Shown here: piece by piece, positions 40,410 through 53,990 of the stretch
Position numbering within the stretch: the first letter of the stretch is position 1
Layout: each line of letters begins with the position of its first letter
DNA from: Lingula anatina
Taxonomy: Eukaryota > Animalia > Brachiopoda
DNA length: 64,000 nt
Assembly: GCA_051362555.1 (NCBI GenBank)
Contig: CM120648.1
Span: forward strand, 3,468,587 to 3,532,586
Direction of reading: 5' to 3'
Position numbers and translations under genes: made by a program
The notes under the pieces: model-generated
What the model was told of the DNA's origin: nothing
Seen by the model: the letters and a program-made list of their open reading frames with translations, nothing else
The model's database searches: none

Positions 40410-43400
40410 GTCTCTTCACCAGTTTACCTTCCAAATTTATCGGCCACGAAAGAGGTGGTGAAGGCCCCAATCATCCCGATGCCCACGTAAATTGCCACGG
40501 TGACAGCCCACAAAAGTTCCAGAGCTTTCTTGTCCATGTACTCTCCGCCTCGCTCATAGTAAGTCCGATTGTAGAACGCCTGGATGATCTGTAAGGCGAC
40601 AAAATAGTTGATATCTGATATATTTTTCACCTGGCAATTTTTTTTCTCCATAAAAGCGATGAAATTGCACTACGATGTACAGTTGCGAACTGGCAACGCC
40701 TTTTACATCAACTACGAAAGATTCAGTTGTTGTCAATAGTTATATTGAAAATTATTCATGAAAATCAAACCCATATTTATTCTTGAATCCAGCGCGTGAT
40801 TTTGTCTATATCTCAGCCAAACGTGCCCAGTGAGACTGCGGGGAGCACTTAGCCCTGAAAATTGTATAAACACTCAAGAATAGGCTAATATGAGATATCA
40901 TGAATAATATCATCTTACCGTGTCGGGGGTGTTCAGTACGGCGATGTTGTACCCAAAAAGCAGCGAGGTACCAAAAACTGCCGCCAGCGTGGAAAACATC
41001 AACCAAAAAGTGAGACCCTGAAGACAAAAGTAAAAATAAAATGTAACGAGCAACCAAAACTGTAAAAAACAAGGCAGCAAAGCTGTCAAATGTACAGACA
41101 AAAAGCAGGAAATAACAAAATAGGCTACTGTCAATTCTGATGCAAAAGTACATTATGTTAAACTGCAAATTCAACATCAAATTTTAATTATGCTCAACAG
41201 GTAATACCAATGTAAGTAAAATGTGAAACAAGCATAAAGCTTCAGGCCCATGGGAGTTCAAGTTCACACTATGAAAATGTAAAACTTCCAGAAAAAGAAG
41301 TCAATTAGACTGCTTTTCCAACTCAGGCTGCATTTCAGTTCTGTATTTCTTTTTTGAAAGTTTGGCAATCATAAGTAACATGGTTTTCCCATAATGGTCA
41401 TCATGGCAGCAGCACCCAAAATTGTGTTTTCTTCTATTCTGGTGCAATATTACATAATGGTTAACAGCATAATGACAATCAATTTTTAATAACAAAATAT
41501 TTGTATCATGGATTTTCAGAAAATGTGACGAGCCTGGGTCTTCAAGCCTGTGGAACTTCAAAGTCACACCTTGAAAATGCCAATATGTGAAAAATTAAAT
41601 TTTCACAAAAAAAACTGTTTATCTGGCAGATTGCATTGCCTACTGAAACTGTATTTTAGTCCCATGTTTCTTTCCTGTAAGTTTGAGAGCAGTAAGTGAC
41701 ATGGTTTTTCTTAAAAGGTAATCATGGGAGCAGTGCCCAAAATGGTTTTTTTTTTCAAATTTTGATGCAATGTTACATAATGTTTAACAGCATAATGACC
41801 ATCAATTCTTAATAATAAAATATTAGTATCATGGATATTCAGAAAATGTGACTAGCAAAGGTCTTCAGGCCCATGGACTTCAAAGTCACAACTTGAAAAT
41901 GCCAAAATGTAAACAAGACAGCACTGTTCTGAAATGTTTTTTTCCCCATTTTTAACAATTTTTAACATAAAACAAAATTAACAGTTTACTGCCATTTTTA
42001 CATGATCAACTAAGAAAATTGATGAGATGAGAAAAGTATCAACAGAGCAGTGTTAAATGTCCAATTTCTTCCATTCTGAGATTCTGAACATAGTGAATGA
42101 TTGAATCTGACAAATTGCAATGATATGAGTTTATTTCCATTTTTGAAACTTTATTACACAATACACGATAACATGTTTACCATCATTTTTACAAAATCAA
42201 CTAACAATGTTGTAAAGATGCAGGAAATGTCAAACAAACACTTTCACGTATCTTATTAGTTTAATAATGAGACTGTTAACATGCCTAAAAATTGAATCTG
42301 AGGAAATGTGAAAAAACAGCATACCTTCTAAAATAATGGCACGATTATGCTGATTTACGAACTCAACCTGCATTTTGACCACTCCTGTGACTTTCATGAC
42401 AATTGGCCCATCTGTTTTTCTTATATTGTGTTTACAGTGTTGCATATATGCTGAAAAGTGTAAAAAACAGCATAACTAGTAAAATGGTGGCCCGATCATG
42501 CCGATTTTCGAACTTGACCTGCGTTTTAGTAAGGTTGATTACTCCTGTGAGTTTCATGACAACAGGTCTATCGGTTTTCCTTGAAATGTGTTAACAGTGT
42601 TGCATATATGCTGAAAAGTGAAAAAACAGCATAACTACTAAAATAGTGGCCCGATCATGCCGATTTTCGAACTTGATCTGCGTTTTAGTAAGACTGATTA
42701 CTCCTGTGAGTTTCATGACAACAGGCCTATCGGTTTTCCTTGAAATGTGTTAAGAGTGTTGCATATATGCTAAAAAGTGAAAAAACAGCATAAATTCTAC
42801 AATAATGGCCCGATCATGCTGATTTTCGAACTTGACCTGCGTTTTATGAATATTAGTCAGCTCTGTAAATATAAAGCCAAAAAGTAAAACTGTCTTCCAC
42901 TTATGGTGTTAACGCTGAAAGTGCACGGCGACGGCGACAGCGACGGCGACATGATCGGCGACGGCGACGACAGACGCAGGTGATGGCAATATGTACAGAC
43001 ACATCTGTGTCTGTACATAAAAATCAACCAATATTTCAAAGAATAATAAGTGATGCTTGCGCCTCTAAATTGTGAAAATTTTCTGAGATGGCTGAAACCT
43101 CTCTTAATTTTAAACCTTGTGCATCTGCAGTTTCATTACTTTATAGTATCTTATTATATTGGCGGCGGTTAATTTACACGTAAAATGAAGCAAAGTTTGA
43201 TCAGACATACGATAATTGTTTTAATTAATGTTAGAATGTACAGTGCTCTGCTAACTTAACTGCTATTATACGTGTAGGAGCAGTGTTAGTGTGGAAAACA
43301 ATCGAAACGTCAAATTATAAAAGTGACTACATAAACATCAATGAAAATTTGGTTAATAAACATTACAACTGTGATATTTTCATTATATCATTTCCTTTAT

Positions 43401-46400
43401 TAAACACAATGAATGAAATATTCTTATGGGTATTACAGAGGAATGTCTTACCCCCCACCCCCCACCCCTCTATCAAAATCGCTAGGGCAGAAATGGTTTT
43501 TCATATGAAATTGCTCAAATGAAAATATACATTGTTTTCGCACTGTTTGTTTTAGAAACCATTTTCTTCACATGAAGTGAATTTAGCACTTACACTGAAA
43601 ATGATATAAAACCACATTCATACTCTAGCAGTGACTCTAATTGCTGTTTAAGCATGAAATCGGAAGTACAGGTTGCCTGTAATATTGAAGCTAATCAAGC
43701 TATCGGCGTCACTGATGAACCCCGCCCTTAGAGGAACGTCATATGCAGCTATCCAATCGGATTCTCAGCATATAGAAAACGCCTTCAATGGCTACTCAAT
43801 CCCTGATTGATGTTCCACGTTGAGTCTGCCAATCAAATAAAACCCCGCCCTACTGAGGGTGTGTCATTTTCACCTATCCAATCTCATTTCAGCATAAAGA
43901 CAACGCCTTCAAAGGTCACGCGACGTGTGTGCCAATCAAAGTTAAAGACACATGTAACACCTTCTTAAGCCACGCCTCGCTACACAGGTGAGTCCCTCGC
44001 AGCTGCAGTCTATTAATTTCAGATCTAAGCATACTGGAGAAGCTTTCGCGGGCAATGCTCGCGGAGAACATGTATCATCTCCCTTCACAGCAACCATATA
44101 TCAACTATAACTGCATAAATGAAAATGCCATACAGAGCCCCACCGCTCTCGGCCTCCACAACACAGACTGATGTAAAACCGTGTTAGGATAGGTATTCAT
44201 GGTTTAATTTCTTTACAGACACCCAGTGTCAGATATGAATTGCAGTCATTTAACCAAAAAATTTAATGGATTGTTTGTAAAATTACTACATCTATTCTAC
44301 ATACTTTTCACACGTAACTGCACTGCCCATGGCAAGTGAAACTTTTGCAACAAAAAGGCGCTTGTCAGGGCATGGATGGCCCGGCGAAAGGCAACACTGA
44401 GGCCAAATTCCATCATTCACTCGCTCTCACAAAAATGTGCAACAGCATGCTGGCATACAGATGGTGGTTCGATTTTCGTGTTTTCTTACACTTAGTATGC
44501 CTGTCTATACAATTTCATTGTCCGCAATCTATTCCATCTAGATGTATGTGCCTTGTGATTTTCAAATCAAAGCATTTCCATATTGATGTGAAGCAAAAGA
44601 GAATTTGGTGAACGGCTCTAAGCTTCACTGTCACCCAAGGGACTTAATGCTTTAATCGGAGTTCGTGACACAGCTGCCGTTGTGATTTTAAACAATCGAT
44701 ACTTATGCTAGTTAGGCTATAGTTACATCTTGCCATACACCATTTAGAGGAATAATTTCTGTTTAACAAACTTGCGTCGACTAGAGATTGCTTCCATCTA
44801 AAAAATCAAAACATTCCTTTTAGAGCGCCTATAATAAAACCGGCGGGATGCAGTTGGTCACGAAACTTATGCCTTTCCAGCTGCCTCTCTCCTCTCGTTA
44901 TTTTTTTCTGTACAGTAAGAAAATATTTGTCAAAGAACAATGGTTGATACGTGTAGTAAAGAGGGAAATCAAGATAATGAACTGCATTGAGATAAGACCA
45001 CAAAAACAAAAAAGTAAATAACCCTATGCAATCAAGAACATTGTCAAAGTTCATTTTCCGTCTCACTGTCGATGAGTTGAGTTTTGGTGGCTGTTCTTAA
45101 AATCACGAATACCGACACTAATGATTGTTCTTTTGTAACAATTTTATCATTCATTTCAAGAGTGAAAAGTAGGCTTCTCTTTGCCATTCTTATTGATGAT
45201 CCATTTTTATATAAATCCATTTTACATCAAATATTTTGTCAAATTTAATGTATTATTTGGCAAAAGACAACTGTCTACTTTAATACTTGTGCTATAGTAG
45301 CTACGTTATTTCTATCGTCAGTCTGCATGTCCATTAAGGCATGTGCATGAGTGGGTACATTTTTAAGTATAATTGTTTTTAATAGCAAAAAAAAAAAAAA
45401 AAGAAAGAAAAAAAGAATGGGGAGAGGTAGTGAACAAAGAGCAGACTCCTAGGGTGATCTGGCTCGATCTCGTCGGCAGTATCCTCAGACAGGGGAGAAC
45501 AATGGCGTTTTTTTAGCAATGTTCCTGCGGGGAAAACCTTCCACTCCGTGTACGTTACGCAATCACCAGAGTGTGTGTAAACAAACCAAAGGTTGGTACG
45601 TGGAGCGAGGTAGGTAGAATAACAACAAGAAATATCTCTTTCAGACGTGAGTCGGTTAAACAATGATTAACAGCTGATAGCGCAGCTACTGGTAGCAGGA
45701 GTTCCCAGTGTTACGTAATAATATTCTCATCTTAAAATCAAAACGATTGGGTTTATTACAATTAATTATTATCTGGAAGCAAATCATGCTCGTATTTTTT
45801 GTGCTTTGTCTTTTATTGTGCTTTAATATTTTTCCAGTTTCTTCGACGTCATATTTTATTGGCAAAAATAACAGAAAGTCGAAGCATTGCGTACAGTGCA
45901 TATGCATATACATTGAATGTACATTGTATAAAATGTTGTCTTTGATCCGAATAGCCATCAAATAGAGCGATGTAAGACATATGCAGAGACTTCAGGTATG
46001 AGGTGGAAGGCACAACAGGTGCGTGCCCCCCCTCCACCTTCATCTTCATGTGTACCCCCTTGCCCCCCCCCCCCCCTCCCTCGTAAAATATTTATTAAGA
46101 ACTGTAACGACGAACGCACCGACACCATGCCAGGCAATTTTTATTCTGCCCCCTAAATACACAACAGTGCATCGTAGTAAAATTACAAGACGTTTTCATA
46201 TTTGTTTCATATCTGCCGGGAGAATTAAAAGAGGCCTGAAAGCTACCCCCTCCTTGATCCACCAGCGAAATGTGAGCAACCCATAAATGATTGATGCAAC
46301 CAAGCAAAGATTGCAGTTAACCATGTACAGACATGTGTTTTCTTCATAATAGCATAATATATGTAACATTATCGAGATTCCCCTCCCCCATGCTTGTTTC

Positions 46401-47341
46401 CCCTCGCTTACCTATGCAACATATCTAGCTATTAAAGGCCATGACCTTTTTTTTCTTTAATTTTAACCATATTCTTATTACTTGTACAAAAGCTGATTAA
46501 GAAATGAAATAAACCATCTGAAAAATTTCAAAAGCTTGCAGTACGCGAATAATATGCAATAATGATTTTGGTCCACAACAGAGTTTGCTCCTGGGAGGAG
46601 GCCAAATTATTTTGTTTTTGTTCTCTTTTTATCCATTGTGTACTTTGTAACTACGTTACATATGGTCGTGGTAGACGTTTCCTTACCCGGGTAAAGTACT
46701 AACTTGGGTAAAGTTCTTTCGTTGTTAATCATGAAATGAAACAATCGGTTCTAGCTCTGATGTTTATACATATGAAAAAATATTTTTACTATAAATATTC
46801 CTACCAAGTTAGAGGAGGTTTTTAAACATCTTCTAAAGTAAATTAATGAAAAAACGGAATCTTTAAAAAACTTAATGTATTAAGCATCCCTGCATTCACA
46901 CTAATACAAGTAAATAAAAATATTTGATGGTATCAGTTGGAAGGCATTTTCTGTGTTACGCATAAGGGGTTACACATTGTCGACGGCATCGTATTTGGGT
47001 TACCGCTATCCAAATCAAAACGATGGCAAACTGCCTAAGACACATGTATTTTCCACCCTCACACCCGTCCATACTTCCACCTCCATATATATATATTGCC
47101 CCAAACAACAATCCATTCCTCCCTGCCTTCACTGGAGTGGCTTTTTTTCCAAAGAGACCCATTCTGCTTAGCAGATTAAGGACACGTGCCACGCTCTTGG
47201 ATGTACTAAAATCGTGTGTATGCATGATATGACCTTGAGAAAGGTAAAGACGCGTACAAGCGCTTCCAGTGCGGGTCGCAGTAATCAATATTGATATGAA
47301 TGCGTCTAGTGTGAATATCTATGCGGTCTTACCTCCTTCAT
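35944..47341 (-). CDS. Facilitated sugar transporter, SLC2A/GLUT family (MFS sugar porter), 487 aa, 12 coding exons
   Basis: Join of 47341-47333 (MKE; caaaATG, donor gtaag), 41017-40919, 40588-40428, 40044-39920, 39432-39292, 39081-38944, 38507-38320, 38104-37994, 37716-37615, 37238-37163, 36926-36799 and 36129-35944. All GT-AG and in frame (1464 nt). Sugar-porter motifs: [59 protein letters not shown]. The 9-nt first exon is the least certain. Confidence 0.93.
36444..36693. mobile_element. Harbinger-like MITE (last intron of GLUT gene)
   Basis: Long imperfect TIRs GGCTCGTTCCCAGTGAAACT..TACGTAGATCGA..AACTCCG / CGGAGTTGGATCGA..TACGTA..TTTCATTGTGAATAGGCC. Homologous to 52623-52834. Confidence 0.7.
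41238..41912. repeat. Degenerate tandem repeat of about 300-320 bp (about 2.2 copies) in GLUT intron 1
   Basis: The block CTTCAGGCCCATGG..TTCAAAGTCACA..TGAAAATG recurs near 41240, 41540 and 41862, and the intervening segments align. Confidence 0.7.
42300..43024 (+). mobile_element. Pearl/HINE-like (Helentron-derived) non-autonomous element with internal array of about 159-bp repeats
   Basis: About 3.5 tandem units (GATTTTCGAACTTGACCTGCGTTTT near 42503, 42662 and 42821), then a GGCGAC microsatellite (42928-42970), a perfect 14-bp-arm hairpin at 42990-43019, and an A-tract. Confidence 0.7.
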
Positions 47342-48699
47342 TTTGAGGTCGTGTCTTCTCCTGATTTTTCTGTCAAATACCTCAGTTCCAGAGATAAGGG
47401 TACACTGGAATCGCCTGTTTGGTGAATTAGGCCACGTCCGACCCGAGTGCGAGGCTACCAGATGGGCAACATTATGGCGTCACGTGTATCTATAATTTCA
47501 TCATTGATTCGCTAGGTTGCTCTGTATGTTGAGCCAAGTATTTATCCCTTCTTTACACCAATGAACAAATGCACAAATGAAGTGTACAAACAAATTGAAA
47601 GGAAGATATTGTCAAAGCTCTAGTTGAATAACTAAGTCAATAAATATATATCATATTTTGATTTAAAAAATCATTAGGCTTTGAGAAAAATACCAAATCA
47701 ACAGAAAAAGGGAAAAAACATCCAGAAATACGGAAAGAATATATATAAGAAAAAAATCAAGAAGAAACAAAACAGGATAATTCAGACAAATAGCCGGTAC
47801 TGATAACTAGCGTTATAACTACGGATAACTAGCGTGAGTTGGGCAACCTCCTGATATTTTCAGCAAAGGCAAAAAAAAAAACAAAAGGCGGCAGAGAATT
47901 GCATATCACATTTATAGGCTCACGTGAGGTGAAGGTCATCCAGCGTCTGGCAGAACAATCAGAGAGGTCTGGGATGCCGGTCAGCCGTGGACACAGCTGT
48001 GCGGTCAGATGAGGATACTGGTAAAATTGTATATATGGTAACACACAGGGAAAACGTTTTACTAGCGGAAAGATTTTGGCAACTTTATTAGTCTGCCGGT
48101 TTGTGAGCTTGCGTGTGAGTTTGTGCGTTTGCAATTTTGTTTGTGGCAAAGTTTTGTCCGGCGATACAGGCCACAATAGTAGGGTTTTTCGTTTCGATTT
48201 TTAAGGTTTATGAAAGACACAGATTAAACTGACTTGGTTTTTTATAAGGATCATGTTCATAATTTATATGGAAAAAATCCTAAATGTTTTGAAATCACGA
48301 ACGTCTGTGATAGAGGTTACGGTAGGATTGTTAAAACATTCCCAGATATACCATCCGATTGTTTGTGTTGTTGGAGGCATGCCCCGCGGCAAAAGGAGAT
48401 AATTGCAGCACGCCCAGACAAACACGCTAACAGACAAGTGTCTTTTGAAGAACACATTCTGATGCTAATTATGTATAAATTTGATGACATTCGGTGGCGT
48501 CTTTTAGAGTTTATGGCTATTTTTTCTTGTATGCAAATCAATGTGGAAAATCATATTTGAGGGGTGCATGCGCTTTATTTGAATAAATGGTATAAAATAT
48601 GAACATCTTCACTGTGGATTTTCTCAACTCCAAGTCATGTTACTTATGGTATATGGAATATTAAAAAAATATTGAAAATCATTAACATCTGTCATAATG

Positions 48700-48864
48700 T
48701 GGGGGTTCACGCTAAATTGCTGTCAGCCGAGCGCGCACGAAAGTTAATTACCCCCTTACAGCTTTTAGTAGGCGGGATACACATTTAAGCCGGCTAATCT
48801 GACAGCGATCTTGTCAGACTCCCCACGGGGATAGATCGATCTAAAATCTGTGGGAATGCAGTCT
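48700..48864. mobile_element. 5'-truncated copy of the Harbinger-like MITE at 61767-61994
   Basis: Shares GGGGGTTCAC.CTAAATTGCTGTCAGC and AAGTTAATTACCCCCTTACAGCTTTTAG with 61767-61994. Right TIR CTGTGGGAATGCAGTCT followed by TA. Confidence 0.7.
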
Positions 48865-49608
48865 TAGTAAAGCACTAGTATAAAGCGTAAATGTGGATTA
48901 TAAGGGTATATAACTCCTTAGTCGGGTGTAAATATTTAAATCTAATTACTGTTACATACAGGTATCTAATTATATTAATATAAACCGGTAGTGGTTAGTT
49001 CCGAAGTGCGGCCGCAGTTTGTTAAACATAAAAGTTGTCAAAGTTTAACTTCACTATGACTTTCTGGCACTTAAGTAGTATTTTTCCCACCATATAACTT
49101 TGATTTTCAATATCTTCTCTTAATTTATGTGTTGATATTGTGCAATTTGTCCACTATTCAAATTCAATTTACTCATTTAACCATGTATTTTTAGATGAAA
49201 CTTTTTGCCATCCTTGTGTAATGAAAACCGAGTGAAAATATGCTGCAATCTTATTGGTCAAATAGCTGGAATGTTTACTAAAAAAAAGGAAAAATTGAGT
49301 AAATTTCCAACCTAATTTATCAAAATTGCAGACATATCAAAGTCACCACATAATTAATATTGATTGACTTTAAAATTTGGAGAATTATAGGGTAGGGGAA
49401 ATACTGCAGAAGTACCGACTTTTTCGGTTTTAAAAATCTCTATATAAGGGTACCTATCGCCGAATGTCTTAGACAACGTACAGTTGCTGAGATAACTTTA
49501 ATGGAATATTTCGAACTGTTGCCTTTCCATAATTATTGTCGATGGAGTGATACTTATCTTAAGGTGCATGTAGCAAATAGAATTACTTGGAGATTATTAG
49601 AAGCATAT

Positions 49609-49716
49609 CCCAGCAAACATAGAACGTTATTATAACGTTACCATAACATTTATATACCCTCCAAAAATGTTGTGCTAACGTTGTGGTAACGTTATAAAAA
49701 GTTTTCTTTTGCTAGG
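49609..49716. mobile_element. Second copy of the CCCAGCAAAC/AACGTT MITE
   Basis: Termini CCCAGCAAA ... TTTGCTAGG. Shares ATAACGTTACCATAAC and TGGTAACGTTATAAAAAGTTTT with 16400-16506. Confidence 0.65.
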
Positions 49717-49765
49717 ATTATACTGAGCCATCAGCACGAACACATGTAACAGAAACTTTACTCTC

Positions 49766-52215
49766 CTACAATCTAGAAAACAGAATACAAGACAAAAGAT
49801 AGTAACTCAAAGCAGCGCATCCTGAGGCAGATCTTGTCACTGTGCTTGAAATAGCTTTCTCCGTTTGGGGGTTTACAACGTCCTGCTGCTGGACATCAAG
49901 CGCAACCGGATCCGTCGGAATGGCAACCGTATTCGTTGGCATGGTCACCACGCCTGTTGTGGTAGGCATTGTGGTTGTTGTGCCATTCGGGGCATTGTTG
50001 CAATTATCGACTCCATAGCAGTGACACGTCTGTCCTTGTACTTCAACTATAGTTGGAGAGCCGCCCTGCGTTCCCGATCCTGTACGCTGGTTGATTAGCT
50101 GTCGTATGGACATATTAGTGTTCGGACCCACCTGGATTTGGTTATCTAATGTGACTGGGACACACCCGGATTGAGGAGGAGCAGTGGGGTTCCTGCAAGA
50201 TCTTTGCACAACGGTTCTTGCCAACTTGATTGTGAAGTTCTGAATAAAAATGTGAAACAGTAAGTGATTGTGGTGTATGTATGTGTTTATGTGCTTGCTT
50301 GCGTCCAAGCGTGCGTGCGCGTGTGTATTTTCGACCTCGCCAACCATCTGCATCTCGCTCAGGATTAAAAAAAAAATAGTGTAGAGACGTTTCCAGTGTT
50401 AGATGGCTTTTTTTTAGAAATATTGTTAGAAATCTAGGAGCAGAGTAAAAGAAAATACATTGTACCCCTGTACTTAAACTTATGTTCGTGTCGAACGCAT
50501 CAATTTCGCCTGGAATAAACCCCTCCTGATTCTTAAAACAAATAAATAAAAAAATAAGCTTACATTTACCTCAAAAATTGGAATGGCCTGCATGAAGAAC
50601 AAATTAAATAGCGCACACCCAAGATCTCCACACTCCATCCGGGCACTGCTGTTGCCATGGAGACATGACGTATCGTTGGAAGCAACCTGTGAAAGCATAC
50701 TGGACAGCAGATTAGCGTGATTCGGAAGACCAGGAATTGAAGGGATATCAAGAATCCTCATATCGAAGTACGAACATTGTTGACATTGGAATGCAAATGC
50801 TGAAAGAAAAGAATTATAGGTAATAATGGTATTATTGGTTCCGGTAGGATAGGAGGGGAAAATGCAAAATTGATAAAGAATCATGTTGAAACCTCAGTCT
50901 AAGTTCCGAATATCCCGGTAAATGTGTTACTCAGACGGTTTCTCTGCTGATATCTGCACATCTACGCCTATCTTTTTATATCTGACTTACCACAATAAAT
51001 AATAATCATACTTCTTGTGATTTTCACTTCACGACCTTTGTATTTACCTACTCATCTTACTATCGAGCTTTTGCCTGATTTTTTTAACTTGCTAGTTTGA
51101 CAAAATGCCTTAAAGTCATTGTAGGCTTTTTTCTAATAAATAATTGCTTATTTATCTAGTGCATGCAGCTCGTCTCGAGTCTTCTATTCCTTTTCTCACT
51201 AAGTCATAACTATTTTCTTTACTTGTTTATTTTATTTTGTTGTCTCACATAAGTAATATATCTAAATTTCAGTGTTCAAGAAAGTTACCAGTAGTCTGTG
51301 GCTTACATCTGTACTTGTATTTGATCAATCGAACCGAACCCCTGCTTATACCCCCGTCACACCAGAGGCGGAATGAGCAAGAATGCCGTTGGAAAGACAA
51401 TTCTTTGTGCGTTCCTGGATATTCGAAGAGCATTCTAAAAATTCCGACTACATTCCAAATATTTTTACCCATTCTTGTTGCCGGTCCGAATGTTTTGCCC
51501 ATGTTAAAAACTTTCGAAATGGCATTTGAATAGTATTCTAACTGCACTATGACTGCATTCTAAATATTCTCACGGCATTCCGATATCATTCGAAACATTC
51601 TGATCACATTCGAGGGAGAACCGAAATGGCAAGACACTTCAAATCCTGCTAGAATGAGCCAGAATGCAACTCGAATGCATCTCGATCCTATTTCAGCCAG
51701 CAATCGAACTACACTCGTAGGGCATTCGAAGTGTATTCTAAATATTCCGACTGCATTCTGACAGCTTTATTGATATTCCTATTTTCCAACTACATTCGAG
51801 CTGCATTTGAGAGCTAATACAGCCGAAATGTGCACGAATCATTCCAGGCGGATTCAAGCGCATTCTGAGTATTCCAACTTCCCGAATGTAGTACGAATTT
51901 TTAAATTTAGTCATTCCGACTGGTTCTGCTTGATTCCTGCTGATTCCGATTAAGTGTGACGGGGGCTTTTCTTACTGCGTTTTTTAAAAATAATTTTTCT
52001 TAATATCATATTATACTAGCAGGCATATGCATTTTAATTTCTCCAGTTGAAAAAGTCCACGCAAAGTTCTTGCCAAATACTGGCTATAACTACACTTATA
52101 TACCGGTATATGTCTGTAATGCAAATGTATGAATAAAAGGAAATGAGGTGAGCATGTTCTTACCTGTGTCAAAATTCAGGAACCAAGTTATGCCCAATAA
52201 TATTAATTTTCCCAT
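49766..52215 (-). CDS. Ly6/uPAR (three-finger, quiver/sleepless-like) GPI-anchored protein, paralogue A, 251 aa
   Basis: Join of 52215-52164 (signal peptide MGKLILLGITWFLNFDT, phase 1), 50799-50570 and 50239-49766. Ten Cys, from FQCQQC to CHCYGVDNCN, followed by a Thr-rich stalk and a hydrophobic C-terminus (ALSYYLLSCILFSRL) typical of a GPI signal. Confidence 0.85.
51351..51965. mobile_element. About 615-bp non-autonomous element with CCCCCGTCACAC TIRs (PIF/Harbinger-ISL2EU-like) in intron 1 of Ly6 paralogue A
   Basis: Perfect 12-bp TIR CCCCCGTCACAC / GTGTGACGGGGG. The interior is packed with CATTC/GAATG repeats. Confidence 0.7.
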
Positions 52216-52622
52216 GTTGTCTCTTGGCGTCTGTCTCTGTGCAAGTCTTCACCACATATGATCTATAACCTCCTCACATTCATTATTATCTGAAGTTTAT
52301 CTTAACTTGGACATAAAGCATAACGGCTCCCATTGTCAGCATTCAAATTTCACAAATAAACACATCACTTATGTTGACAGCGTTTTTTGTCTGAGGGCCG
52401 ATGTGGTAGTTTTACAGGATGTTCCTAACCGATTGTATATAATTGGAATATTTTGGGCTGCTGACTTTTTTCACAAATATTTAGCAAATGAAAAAGCTGT
52501 AGTGTGTTTATTAGTAACATTGATCTTGACCATCAGATATCTAACTTTGAAAGAAGTAAGAATGGGCAAAAATTCTTTCTCTTTCTTCCGCAAGCCCAGT
52601 GTGGCAGGGTCTTTACCGCCAC

Positions 52623-52834
52623 TTTCCAGTGAAACTCCGCGGGGACTCTTGCTGCTTACAATCAGATTAACAGATTAACACGCCTCCTCATGGTGTTGAT
52701 TAGAATACAGAAAAGCTGATGATAAAAGTACGTTGGAAACGACATAAGGCATGTTAATCTGATTGCACTCAGCGAAAGTCCCCGCGGAGTTGGATCGGTC
52801 TACGTAGAACGAGAGTTTCATTGGGAACGGGACT
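52623..52834. mobile_element. Second copy of the 36444 MITE family
   Basis: Shares AGATTAACACGCCT..TAGAATACA.. and the right arm TTAATCTGATTGCA..GCGGAGTTGGATCG..TACGTAGAACG..TTTCATTGGGAACGG. The left arm has a deletion between two AACT microhomologies. Confidence 0.7.
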
Positions 52835-53934
52835 TTGAGACCACCTTGAGGCCTGATGTGGAACCTGGCACAGGAGTTGACATTTTTGCACTTACAGAGA
52901 AAAGAAAAGATAAAAAAAGGACGCTGATTTATAACCGTTAATCTTAATAACAGCAATTTTAAAGTATGTTGTATATAATCATGGGAGTTTCCCTGTTTTG
53001 ATTAAAAGATATGTTTCAAGCCCTCGAAGGCTATGTTATTAGTAGGCCTAATCATATACAATTTTCGCCCTTTTCGCCGAGGGATATTGTTGCAATAGAA
53101 AATATACATTAGTTGCACTTCTGCAGTTCAATTCATAAGTGTTCGTTATAGAGAACGTATGTAAGACGCTCCATAAATTAAGGCGAGGACAGTGTACATC
53201 TCTAACCGGTACACTGTACCAAAAGACGCATTCAGCCTTGCATACAAATTGCTAGTTATAGCTGAAAATATCTTCAAAATATGGCCCTTATGGGGGTGAG
53301 ACTTTTTTTTTTGAGGGGTGGGGGGGGGGGGGGGGGGGGCGGCACGAAAATGTAAAAGCATGCCAAGCTTTTTTTCCTTTGAAAAATATTAAACAGTGCA
53401 AACGTGCTTGTATTGTGTGCTTATTTTTTGTTTGTTTATCTATTTCTTAAGTCAAAATATAATGTAAAAAAAGAGAAAAAGATTAATAGGTCAATTTTAC
53501 TGTAGGTGGCTTAGATTGAACAGTTACTTGGTTTTCTCTCGATTCGCTAGATATTTACTGATATTTGGGAGGAAGAGGAGGACCATATTGATAGGTACCT
53601 CAGTAGCCAAGGGAGGGGTACATGTAGGTGTGTCCACCCCACCCCCACCCCCACCCCCACCCATAGCAACATATTTACAAAATTACACGTTTTAATTTAA
53701 ACGTGTATAAAGGACAATGCTTTTTACCTACTGTCCTAATAGACAAATGTAGACAAACCACATCTTATTATCTAATTATTATATCTATTATATATACCGG
53801 GGTATTCTATTCAAATACGTTATTCTATTCTGACTTTTCCGCCAGCATGTGCTGACGCATGGAGATGTTCATACAATCTAAATAGTGAGACAAGGACCAC
53901 TAATATAATTACTTAAAATTTGTAGAAAACTGGC

Positions 53935-53990
<56 letters not shown>

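Noticed and set aside
47183-47940. CACGTG E-boxes around the GLUT start (about 47183, 47481, 47920) as a carbohydrate-response element
   Set aside because: None forms the paired E-box with 5-nt spacing; single hexamers are too common to support a call.
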